A stretch of 38,161 bases of DNA from IMG/VR virus record IMGVR_UViG_3300027566_000017, positions 1 to 38,161 of that record. The stretch is one strand, 5' to 3'. This stretch comes from a virus (lineage: Duplodnaviria > Caudoviricetes). Below the pieces are notes generated by a model that was not told the origin of the DNA, did no database searches, and saw nothing but the letters and a program-made list of their open reading frames with translations. This document shows positions 1-7,821 of the stretch, piece by piece (position 1 is the first letter of the stretch; the number at the start of each line of letters is the position of its first letter). A program made the translations under genes and the position numbers.

Positions 1-315
1 CCGGGTATAAAAATATAAAAGAAGGCATAAAAATATAAAAGAGCCCGGAAAAGTTTTGTTAAATGCCGGGCAGTCCTGAAAAATCTGGATAGGCGGCATA
101 TCCGATGGAAATTACTATAGGAGTCTACCGGAGGTCATGCAATATACTACAAAGAAAAAGATAGATGAAAAACATTCAAACTGGATATAAGGAAAAGAAG
201 TATTTACAGACAATATATAAAAAAGTATTTATAATAATTATGTGGGACTACGTTTGCTCACGGCGGAAGACCGCTTTTCCTGGTAAGAAATCCTCTTCCG
301 TTTGTGGGCACTGAT

Positions 316-633
316 TTATGCATTTACAAAATAGAGATGCTCTCTATCAGGGCAGTACATATCTAATTCAATTTTAATTCTGTCTACTATTTCATGTATT
401 ACCTGAGGGGAGATCCCAAAACACGTTTTTAAAGTTTCATATAATTCATACATCCCGATTCCATCTGAAATACATGTCGATTCCAGTATGTTTCTTACAA
501 GTTCATCTTCGCTTATTGTTTCAGTCGTTTCTACCATTTTCAACATGTGTCCGGTTCTAATTTTTAGAGTGTGGACTCGAAAGTTATGGTAGCACGTTTC
601 GCCACATTTCGGACATATTGTTTTTGTATACAT
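316..633 (-). CDS. Hypothetical protein with N-terminal CxxC (Zn-ribbon-like) and helical C-terminus
   Basis: 105-aa ORF, ATG start, CPKC motif, SD-like GTGA upstream on the minus strand. Confidence 0.6.
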   Translation of the reverse strand: MYTKTICPKCGETCYHNFRVHTLKIRTGHMLKMVETTETISEDELVRNILESTCISDGIGMYELYETLKTCFGISPQVIHEIVDRIKIELDMYCPDREHLYFVNA

Positions 634-871
634 CTTTTCACGACCATTTTACAAAAATTGGGTTTTTTTTTGTGGCCGTTTTTCAAATGGGGGTGGCTAT
701 GGGGTTTATAGTTGTTTCGAAAATATATTTCGAATTTATATATTTTGGTTTTTTAGATAAACCTTTTTCGATTTGTGTTCATCGCTTTCATTATATAGAA
801 GAATTATAAAAAACAGTGAATAAAAAATAGTTTGTTTTAAAAGAGTTGTAATGTTTAGTAAATTCTGGAAA

Positions 872-897
872 TACTAAACAAAATGTTTACTTAGTAT
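872..897. promoter_or_regulatory. Imperfect palindrome TACTAAACA-AAA-TGTTTACTTAGTA abutting TATA box TTTAAATA (897-904)
   Basis: Near-identical copy at 1659-1683 also abuts a TATA box. Confidence 0.5.
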
Positions 898-924
898 TTA
901 AATAATGAAAATAAATTTGAAAAA

Positions 925-1106
925 AAGTAGAAAAGGGATACGTGCCTACTGGTTTCAAAGCCGTGTCCGTTTAAACCACTTGTCTCCTCCAATCTTCATC
1001 CCCTAAATAATGTGAACATTGCCTCAGCAATTAGCTGATTCTAATATCTTGAGGATTTGGTGAAATACCAAAAGGCTTTGAAACCAGTAGGTTTCTCTCT
1101 TTTTTT
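925..1106 (+). ncRNA. Candidate sRNA closed by a perfect 18-bp stem
   Basis: CCTACTGGTTTCAAAGCC (945-962) is the reverse complement of GGCTTTGAAACCAGTAGG (1074-1091); TATA upstream, T-tract at 1092-1106; no ORF. Confidence 0.45.
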
Positions 1107-1586
1107 GGTGCAATCATATGGAGATCTGACTAGGTTATAAATCTTTCTAAATTTTACACATTTTAAAAGTAATATAATTATTACATATATATAGAATGTT
1201 ATTTCAGTACCTACTCATGCCGATTATTTCAAATTGTATATATAGAATCACATTTCTTATTTTTTGGGCTATCGCCCAATCCCCTAAATGATAAAGAACA
1301 AAACGAGGTGATAAACATCGATGTGGCAACAGCTGTTGGGTCCCTCATTATAATTTTGTGGTGCACTGAGGAATCCAGCACAAAGCTGCTAAATGCCGCT
1401 AAAAATCTAGCCGAAGCATTTAGACGCATGAAAGGGAAAGAATAATCCCTAGAGGGGTAGGGGCCGGATCCCTTGCCCTTCAAAAATGCTTCTAAATATT
1501 AATACTTAAACATTCTTAATATATTTTTCTACTTGTAAAAAGTAAGGATTTACAAACTACATTTCAATATTTTTTTAAAAAACGGA

Positions 1587-1627
1587 TTATTCTAAAATAT
1601 ATTCCCTCGGAATATCGTTTTCAAAAA
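1587..1627 (+). repeat. 41-bp direct repeat, copy 1
   Basis: TTATTCTAAAATATATTCCCTCGGAATATCGTTTTCAAAAA is identical to 2439-2479. Confidence 0.95.
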
Positions 1628-1658
1628 AGGCAATTTTTCGTTAAGTAAATTGTGTATT

Positions 1659-1688
1659 TACTAAACAAATGTTTGCTTAGTATATAAA
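1659..1688 (+). promoter_or_regulatory. Palindromic operator plus TATA box upstream of the lipoprotein gene
   Basis: TACTAAACAAATGTTTGCTTAGTAT overlapping TATATAAA; matches 872-897. Confidence 0.5.
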
Positions 1689-1776
1689 CACTGTAAACAA
1701 ATATGTCTTGAATAAAATAAGAATAGTTTAATACATCTTCCTTAGATTTTATATCGATTTTTCTGGAGAATGTAGT

Positions 1777-2382
1777 ATGAAAAAATATATCATAATATTG
1801 GCAATAATCATGGTCACGGCGTTAGCTATGGGCTGTGCCTCTGACTCGAATAGTGGTGTACAAGAAGTGAAGCCCTCTACAGATGCAGCAGACTCGACGG
1901 AGGGGTCTGCCTCGGAGACCGAAACTGCTGCGCCTATTAACGGGAGTTACGAGAATCCGGCTGGCATTGGAGAAACGGTAGTTATATCGTCTTCCGGAAA
2001 TACATTTGAATTTTCGATAAAAGAAATTATAAGAGGAGAGAAGGCCGATTATATTGTTTATAGCGAAAATGAATTTAATGATAAAGCGGCTGCTGGATAT
2101 GAGTACTTATTTGTGCATTCACAGGTGGCATATACAGAAGGCAGCAACTCTGCATATTTAAGTAGCGGTGACTTTAAAGCGTTTTGTGATGGGGTTGAGT
2201 GTGTAGAAAGTTACGTCGTTATCCCAGATAGTTACAAAACGTTTTCAGGTGGAGAAGTTATGCCAAGTGGCGTAAAAGACGGGTGGATTGTATACACAGT
2301 GCCCCAGGGCAAAGAAGTGATTATGAGCTACAAGCCAAGTATTTTCAGTTCAAATGAGGCTTATATCTCGATTGGAAAATAA
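1777..2382 (+). CDS. Lipoprotein, DUF4352/MPT63-like Ig fold; possible superinfection-exclusion moron
   Basis: Signal peptide with lipobox LAMG-C, Ser/Thr/Glu linker, GSYENPAGIGETV and SGVKDGWIVYTVP patterns typical of DUF4352; GGAG SD. Confidence 0.75.
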   Translation: MKKYIIILAIIMVTALAMGCASDSNSGVQEVKPSTDAADSTEGSASETETAAPINGSYENPAGIGETVVISSSGNTFEFSIKEIIRGEKADYIVYSENEFNDKAAAGYEYLFVHSQVAYTEGSNSAYLSSGDFKAFCDGVECVESYVVIPDSYKTFSGGEVMPSGVKDGWIVYTVPQGKEVIMSYKPSIFSSNEAYISIGK

Positions 2383-2393
2383 TTGGCTTTCAC

Positions 2394-2440
2394 AAAGATC
2401 CGCTGACTTACAACGTCGGTAGAGATCTTTTTTCTTTTTT
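2394..2440 (+). terminator. Hairpin plus T-tract between convergent genes
   Basis: AAAGATC...GATCTTT stem followed by a long T run. Confidence 0.5.
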
Positions 2441-2479
2441 ATTCTAAAATATATTCCCTCGGAATATCGTTTTCAAAAA
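2439..2479 (+). repeat. 41-bp direct repeat, copy 2 (3' end of the repressor-like gene)
   Basis: Identical to 1587-1627. Confidence 0.95.
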
Positions 2480-2969
2480 GAATGATTTTCTTCGTTTTTT
2501 TATTAGAAGTAGTAATATTAGATTCTTGAGACTCTAATTGATTCTGTTTTTCAGTATTATCTGAGGGGCTTCTGTAGGTTTTTTTTGCTTTAGCTGCCAA
2601 TTCTCTCTCTCTTGGAGTAAGTTCTCTCGGCTCAGGGCAGATAGTCTCGATGAATTCTTTCATATCTTTTTGAGCGTCGTATATCTCCGGTTCGGCTTGG
2701 CTCACGGCATGAGTGCTAGAAGCAATTTTATCAAATGCGCGCTTGCCCTCGGGAGTTTGAAGCATTTTTACAAGAAGATCCATGGCTGAAATTTCATCTC
2801 TTTCAAGTTTATATCGTGTAATAAATTCAGTCACTGCAGTTGATATAAAACTCGAAACATTACTAAAATCTTGATCATTATAAATAATTTCATTTACTCG
2901 TTTACGTAGATAGGGTTCTAAGGATATACTTACCGTTTCCTTCTTCATTTTCTGTTTTGGTTTATCCAT
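2439..2969 (-). CDS. Ribbon-helix-helix (CopG-like) transcriptional regulator, putative repressor
   Basis: KETVSISL strand followed by helices (FSNVSSFISTAV); divergent from the early operon. Confidence 0.7.
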   Translation of the reverse strand: MDKPKQKMKKETVSISLEPYLRKRVNEIIYNDQDFSNVSSFISTAVTEFITRYKLERDEISAMDLLVKMLQTPEGKRAFDKIASSTHAVSQAEPEIYDAQKDMKEFIETICPEPRELTPRERELAAKAKKTYRSPSDNTEKQNQLESQESNITTSNKKTKKIILFENDIPREYILE

Positions 2970-2973
2970 TGAA

Positions 2974-3084
2974 TATTAGTATAGCAATATAACATATTAA
3001 AGTTTTTTATTAGCCCGCTGCTATTTTACTATTAGCCAGCTAATATTCAGCACAAATTTTATATACGTTATTAGCATACTAATA
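2974..3084. promoter_or_regulatory. Divergent promoter region with four 16-bp operators (TATTAGC-NN-GCTAATA)
   Basis: Copies at 2974-2989, 3008-3023, 3030-3045 (perfect) and 3069-3084; TATA-like TTTTATATA at about 3057-3065. Confidence 0.75.
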
Positions 3085-3112
3085 GTATAGTAACAGTGGA
3101 GTAATTACAAAT

Positions 3113-3298
3113 ATGAGACAACGACGTCCAAAGAAGACAACTGATAAAATATCAAGAACGGTGTCATGGTCTGCATACGTAGACGAAATGGTGATAAAAT
3201 ACACCGAGGATGAGTGTGTGAAGAAGTTTTCAAGTGTTTCTAACATGGTGGAAACTGCGATGGATCAATTGATTTACAGACTGGAGCCGAAAGCATGA
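3113..3298 (+). CDS. Small RHH-like regulator (Cro-like position)
   Basis: SRTVSW strand plus FSSVSNMVETAM helix, resembling the divergent RHH gene; GGAG SD. Confidence 0.65.
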   Translation: MRQRRPKKTTDKISRTVSWSAYVDEMVIKYTEDECVKKFSSVSNMVETAMDQLIYRLEPKA

Positions 3299-3597
3299 AC
3301 TCTGACTCATGGACCCCAAAGGCAGCAGGTTTTGAATCCGGAAACTCCGGAAATACAAGCTACGGGAAAGCAAGGATTTTCTCAAAAAGAATGGTTCCTG
3401 ACAGGTGGCAGTATAAACTTGGTCTTCTCATGGACCTTGAGGAAAAAGGTATCAAGTACGAAGAAAAGGCAGACGGCACAATTGTCGCAGATATGCCTGA
3501 CATTGGCCTGGTGCAGATGACACCTGAGCTCCGGGAACGGAACTATAGGAGACACATAAACCAGATGGTTGGACGAGAGATGTACATAATTGCCTGA
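3295..3597 (+). CDS. Hypothetical early protein
   Basis: ATGA overlap with the upstream gene; 100 aa. Confidence 0.7.
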   Translation: MNSDSWTPKAAGFESGNSGNTSYGKARIFSKRMVPDRWQYKLGLLMDLEEKGIKYEEKADGTIVADMPDIGLVQMTPELRERNYRRHINQMVGREMYIIA

Positions 3598-3621
3598 ATT
3601 CAGAAGGTGCTTAGATTGCCT

Positions 3622-3762
3622 ATGAGTTTGTCTGATTTCCCCCCTGAAACACAACAAGATATTGAAGAACTGGCCAAAGCGTCTGACGATACTATAGCTC
3701 ATATGGATCCGTTCTGGGCCCGTATTGTAAAAGGTTGCAAGAGAGTTGTTCAAAATTCATAA
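3622..3762 (+). CDS. Small hypothetical protein (46 aa, MSLSDFPPETQQ...)
   Basis: Read from the sequence; AAGGTG SD upstream; same strand as the operon. Confidence 0.5.
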   Translation: MSLSDFPPETQQDIEELAKASDDTIAHMDPFWARIVKGCKRVVQNS

Positions 3763-3930
3763 TCCATCGAGCCATCCCAAAGATCGCATAGCCATATCGT
3801 TTTACCCACAAAAATTATCAGAAACATCCAATCCAGGTACCAAAAGATCTAGGGAGTTTGAGTCTCCGGGATGGCAAACTCAAGATAAATATATTCCCCG
3901 GCGGTCTACCCGGGGAATTTCCTCCTCTAT

Positions 3931-4057
3931 GCCGTAAAGGGGCAGTCAAAAAGTAAAAGCCTACTCCAATAAGAACAGATCACTGAAGACCCCACTTTCC
4001 AAAATAATAAACTGAACTGCAGGTTGACTGCCGCGGGTTCGAATCCCGCATACGGCT
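3931..4057 (+). ncRNA. tRNA-like RNA lacking a D arm
   Basis: GCCGTA/TACGGC acceptor-like stem, GGCAGTCAA/TTGACTGCC 9-bp stem, canonical T arm GCGGG-TTCGAAT-CCCGC (4033-4049). Confidence 0.5.
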
Positions 4058-4134
4058 TTAAAAACGGAAAAAGTCTGACACATGCCTCCTAAATTTGGTG
4101 GATGTCGGAGCGGGACATCCATCAAAAACAAAAT

Positions 4135-4277
4135 GCTGTAATAGCTCAATGGTGAGCGAATCCCCTGAACTCTCCGAAGCCTTAGAGTCTCTTCCTATAA
4201 GGCCTTCTTCTCTCGAGCGCCACAAAGCTTCGGAGTTGGGTAAGGATTTATCCCAGGTTCAAATCCGGGTTACAGCG
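4135..4277 (+). tRNA. Atypical intron-containing tRNA or tRNA-like gene; predicted anticodon TGA, intron 4170-4242
   Basis: Acceptor GCTGTAA/TTACAGC, D stem GCTC/GAGC, anticodon stem AATCC/GGATT, T loop TTCAAAT, G73; intron at 37/38 with BHB-like pairing; C33, short D loop and short variable loop are non-standard. Confidence 0.65.
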
Positions 4278-4427
4278 TCCCTCGGAAGAGGAGTGATGCA
4301 CATAAAAGACTGCACATGCAGGCCGAATATAAACAAATCTGGATGAAGTTGTAAACCTGCCCTGGATTTTGTACGACCAGGATTCAGGGCATTAAATCAA
4401 ATAATGTTTTTTTTGGAGAGATTAGAA

Positions 4428-4550
4428 TTGACTGAAAAAGTACCGAGTATAGACACTAAGATGATTGATGCTCTTGCAGCTGCTGAAGAAATGCCCGTAA
4501 AAAGACCTCCTGGAAGACCTGGGAAAGGAGATAAGGAGGAAGGGCAATGA
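4428..4550 (+). CDS. 40-aa peptide with AT-hook-like KRPPGRP motif
   Basis: GGAGAG SD, TTG start, stop overlaps the next ATG (ATGA). Confidence 0.55.
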   Translation: MTEKVPSIDTKMIDALAAAEEMPVKRPPGRPGKGDKEEGQ

Positions 4551-5056
4551 AAGTATCAAAAACCTTAACGAATGAAGAGCTTTCTGAAAAAGTCCTTACC
4601 GAACTTGAAGATGTTGTTCTTTCTGTCGTCAACGATGTTGTAGAAGGAATTGACATGCAGTTAAGGAAGGGCCATAATTTTCTTGATTATAAGCAGAAAG
4701 AGGAACTTGTTGAACGTTTGAGAGAAAAAGTCAACCTTAACCTCACGATCAATGCTGGAATTCAGACAAAGGACCTGGCAAGCGTTGAAATTTATCCTCG
4801 TGATATGTTAAACAGAGGTATTGATTCTTTTGTGAAAAATGAAAATAAAGACTCTTTTTCCAAATCAGTAACTATTACAAAAGACGATATACCTAAGCTT
4901 GAGAAACTTGAGAAGGACCTAAGGGCCCAGGCTGAAAAAGATGCTATCTTACGTGCTCCAGTCGAATCGCTTGAAGAGTATGAAGAACGGAAACAGCTCG
5001 TAGAAGAACAGCAGTTTAAGGCCGAAAGGGTTGCAAGGATGGAGGCCCAGGCATGA
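4547..5056 (+). CDS. Hypothetical early protein (coiled-coil)
   Basis: 169 aa, translationally coupled on both sides. Confidence 0.8.
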   Translation: MKVSKTLTNEELSEKVLTELEDVVLSVVNDVVEGIDMQLRKGHNFLDYKQKEELVERLREKVNLNLTINAGIQTKDLASVEIYPRDMLNRGIDSFVKNENKDSFSKSVTITKDDIPKLEKLEKDLRAQAEKDAILRAPVESLEEYEERKQLVEEQQFKAERVARMEAQA

Positions 5057-5595
5057 TCAGCAATGAAGAACTCAACCTTCGAATGAAGGCCCTCCTAAGC
5101 CTTAAAGATCCTGCTATAGTACAAATCGATGATAGTAAGGCTGTAAAAAAATTAGATTCCGAATGGGAATTGAAAATTGATGTTACATTCCCTATCGCGT
5201 TCTGGGAAGCAATGGGTAAGGGCAGGCATTTCGGTTGGAAAGATATCGGGGTTCCAGACCATATAAAAGGAATTATCGAAGTCCTTGAAGAAAAATATAA
5301 TACTGCTCTTGAAAAACTGCGTAGTGAAAAGGTCCCTGAAGTCGTAGAAGAACCTGAGGAGAAAGAGCCCGAGCCGGCAGAGGAAGAGCAGCAGACTAGC
5401 ACAGTAGAAGAGCCTAAAGAAGAAACTATTGAAACCCCTGGAGCCCCTGAAGTGGTTCCTGAAGTTACTCAGTCAACCGAACCTCAGGATAAGGAGAAAC
5501 AATTGATACAGGCGCTTGAAAAACTCCTTACAGGGCCTACTAAGGATGATTGTATTTTCTCTACAGGGGGTGCCAAAGTTGCCTCAGCTGTCTGA
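5053..5595 (+). CDS. Hypothetical protein with acidic Glu/Pro-rich linker
   Basis: 180 aa, ATGA overlap, GGAGG SD. Confidence 0.8.
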   Translation: MISNEELNLRMKALLSLKDPAIVQIDDSKAVKKLDSEWELKIDVTFPIAFWEAMGKGRHFGWKDIGVPDHIKGIIEVLEEKYNTALEKLRSEKVPEVVEEPEEKEPEPAEEEQQTSTVEEPKEETIETPGAPEVVPEVTQSTEPQDKEKQLIQALEKLLTGPTKDDCIFSTGGAKVASAV

Positions 5596-5806
5596 TTATG
5601 AAGGTAATTCTTCGCCTTCCAAAAATGAAGGGTTTGAAACAGTTGTAAAAAATGTAAGTCAATGCAGTGTTAATCTCACAAAGAACACTAAAGGCTATGG
5701 CTGGGAAATAAAAGCCTATGCGGACTCAATGAATAAAGCAATTGATATGGCAATAGCAGCTGATCTGAGACTTAGGACACAGTTTGGGGGCGGTCAAAGT
5801 GAGTGA
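5570..5806 (+). CDS. Hypothetical viral protein
   Basis: Frame of ORF 5516-5806; start more likely GTG 5570 or TTG 5579 after a GGGGG SD. Confidence 0.65.
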   Translation: MPKLPQLSDYEGNSSPSKNEGFETVVKNVSQCSVNLTKNTKGYGWEIKAYADSMNKAIDMAIAADLRLRTQFGGGQSE

Positions 5807-6461
5807 AATCCTTGAAACCCCGAGCACCACCAAGGAGAACCAGGATCTCACTCACCCAGAGGTTACAAGCCTCTCAGATTTTAATTTTTCGATCTCCGTT
5901 AATGTCAAAGTTGACCCTGAACTTATTGAAGCTCTTCAAAAAATAACATCCTGTCTGGAGAGAATAAAACCCATACATTCTGAAGCAGTCCAGGTCGAGC
6001 AAGAACCTGCGTATATTGAAAATATACCTGTCAAAAACGAGCAGTACGGTCAGATAAAATACAACGATACTAAATGGAATATAGTCCCAAAGTACCACAA
6101 TTTCAAATGGAGGCAGGACAAAGACGGTAAACTCCATCTGAAGTATTACGCCGGTGAAGTTGTCACAACCTGGGAAGAAATGGAGAAGCTGCAGGCCATG
6201 AATCTAAGGCAGCAGCGGGAAGAGATCCAGAAGTTCGACAGGGCTAATAACAAAAAAACAGCTGTTCGTGTTTTCTTAGATAGCGTTAAAAAAGGAATTA
6301 CCAAGAAGCCGGTCAATCTGGATGAAGAGCTTGAAAAGAACTTCTCTAAGTTTGAAGCTGAGGAAGATCCGGACGCAAAATTCAGGCCAATGGTGACCCC
6401 TTATCATAGCACCAGACCCGATGAAAACTGCGGAAAAGTTGAAGGAGGGATGGTCGAATGA
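5799..6461 (+). CDS. Hypothetical early protein
   Basis: Frame of ORF 5784-6461; GTG at 5799 follows GGGGGCGGT. Confidence 0.75.
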   Translation: MSEILETPSTTKENQDLTHPEVTSLSDFNFSISVNVKVDPELIEALQKITSCLERIKPIHSEAVQVEQEPAYIENIPVKNEQYGQIKYNDTKWNIVPKYHNFKWRQDKDGKLHLKYYAGEVVTTWEEMEKLQAMNLRQQREEIQKFDRANNKKTAVRVFLDSVKKGITKKPVNLDEELEKNFSKFEAEEDPDAKFRPMVTPYHSTRPDENCGKVEGGMVE

Positions 6462-6601
6462 TCCCCTCTGATCTTTCTAATTTTTTATCTTCGATGTCAG
6501 ACGGTAGGAGATATAACTCTCAGATCTGGCTATGGGAAACTAATCTTGAGATATACCCTGGGTGTCAGACGGCTGTTTGTTCTGGGGGTGTTGGCTTTTG
6601 A
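6458..6601 (+). CDS. Small hypothetical protein (47 aa)
   Basis: ATGA overlap upstream and TTGA overlap downstream. Confidence 0.45.
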   Translation: MIPSDLSNFLSSMSDGRRYNSQIWLWETNLEIYPGCQTAVCSGGVGF

Positions 6602-6987
6602 ACGCCTCTATGATAGACCGCAACACAAAAGCCTGTGAGAATGGGCATTTTTGTGAAGAGTATGTGAAAAAAATATTTCCTGAAATTGAGTGGGTGGGCG
6701 GGACTTATGATGCAGTCCTTAATAGTATCCCTGTAGACGTGAAGGGTTGTGAAGCCTGGTACGCCAGAAATGATACAAGGACATTAAAGCGGGCTGGAAG
6801 AGTCACCCTCGATAGTGTACAGGACGCTGAACTGAAAAAACTAAAGGGAGGTTATTTCTGCGTCGTTCACTTTAGCGATCTCATTGTAAATTCTTTTTTT
6901 GTTCCTGCAGTTAGAGTTGAGTTTTCCGGATCCGGAAAGAGGCAGGTATCCTGGACGACTATACAAAAGCTTGCTGAGGTGATGTGA
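6598..6987 (+). CDS. PD-(D/E)XK family nuclease (restriction-endonuclease-like)
   Basis: GHFCEE...YD...VDVK motif spacing; TTG start after GGGGGTG. Confidence 0.65.
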   Translation: MNASMIDRNTKACENGHFCEEYVKKIFPEIEWVGGTYDAVLNSIPVDVKGCEAWYARNDTRTLKRAGRVTLDSVQDAELKKLKGGYFCVVHFSDLIVNSFFVPAVRVEFSGSGKRQVSWTTIQKLAEVM

Positions 6988-7134
6988 ATGTACCTCCCTA
7001 AATTCCTTTTTGAAGCGTGGCAAGAAACCATGCAGGTCCTCAGTAAATCTCACCATGGGCTTGTGAGGGTGTCTCGAAAAGTTCAGCATCTTTTAATCAT
7101 TCCTGAAGAAACAGGCCACTTGGAGGTAAGCTGA
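6988..7134 (+). CDS. Small hypothetical protein (48 aa)
   Basis: GAGGTGA SD; fills the gap between flanking genes exactly. Confidence 0.5.
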   Translation: MYLPKFLFEAWQETMQVLSKSHHGLVRVSRKVQHLLIIPEETGHLEVS

Positions 7135-7389
7135 ATGCCTCCTTGTATAACACCTGTAGAAGTTACTCTTGCTGAATATACCAGGCTGTCCTGTGCATTG
7201 AAACATAGCCAAAAATACGCGGTATTAAAAATAAAATGGACTGTCGAAGAAGAAAAAAAGGTCGTAAAATCACTCAAAGACGAAGTTTCTGTTAATGAAA
7301 TTATCAGGCAGTATAGACAAGATGGAAGAGGAATTTCTGGAAGAAAAATAATCCAGATAAAAAAGAAGTATGGGCTGTGGGGTGCCTGA
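7135..7389 (+). CDS. Small basic helix-turn-helix-like protein
   Basis: GGAGGT SD; WTVEEEK start of a three-helix motif. Confidence 0.6.
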   Translation: MPPCITPVEVTLAEYTRLSCALKHSQKYAVLKIKWTVEEEKKVVKSLKDEVSVNEIIRQYRQDGRGISGRKIIQIKKKYGLWGA

Positions 7390-7549
7390 TTTGACAGAGA
7401 TATTTGAATCTTTTAAAAAAATATGTAACTTTCGTGAAACGAAAGTTGGTATGTGGACTTCTGGAATGGGACTTGAATGCCTCTATGGGGATGGAGCCGA
7501 GCACTGCAAAGAAGAGATATGTCTTCTTTTTAAAGAGGTGAAATCTTGA
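7382..7549 (+). CDS. Small Cys-containing hypothetical protein (55 aa)
   Basis: GTG start overlapping the upstream gene; stop overlaps the next TTG. Confidence 0.4.
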   Translation: MPDLTEIFESFKKICNFRETKVGMWTSGMGLECLYGDGAEHCKEEICLLFKEVKS

Positions 7550-7821
7550 CCACACGCCTCTTAGTGACTACTTCTTACCATCCTTCTGTCAACCATTATA
7601 GAGGGAAATACCTTGTATTAGACGATACCTTGGCAAAGCAGAAAGGCATCAATCCTGGTAATCACGAAGCTGGGATTAGCTGGGAAACTGCAGCAAAAGA
7701 AGGTAATTCTGGAGCTTTTAAAGTGTCTTACCGAGGCAATGAAATTTGGTTGCCGAAAGATGCAGTAAAAGTAGTAACTGTTGAAGAAAAAGGACTTTTT
7801 GATTTCGCAGAGGGTGTGTAA
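7546..7821 (+). CDS. Hypothetical protein
   Basis: GAGGTGA SD, 4-nt spacer, TTG start. Confidence 0.7.
   Translation: MTTRLLVTTSYHPSVNHYRGKYLVLDDTLAKQKGINPGNHEAGISWETAAKEGNSGAFKVSYRGNEIWLPKDAVKVVTVEEKGLFDFAEGV

Noticed and set aside
6-42. Tandem ATAAAAATATAAAAGA duplication
   Set aside because: Two low-complexity copies at the window edge; no context to interpret
1229-1483. 84-aa minus-strand ORF and hairpin at about 1452-1481
   Set aside because: No SD or recognisable domain; a single hairpin is too little to call a gene or RNA
4135-4277. Pyrrolysine tRNA
   Set aside because: G73 and a short variable loop are reminiscent, but the anticodon is not CUA, there are two bases between acceptor and D stems, and the D-loop GG and TTC are retained
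3931-4277. tRNA fragments as att site of the provirus
   Set aside because: They lie inside the early operon with viral genes on both sides and no adjacent integrase
3746-4346. ORFs 3746-3937, 3961-4149 and 4095-4346
   Set aside because: No convincing SD, atypical composition, and they overlap the structured RNA elements
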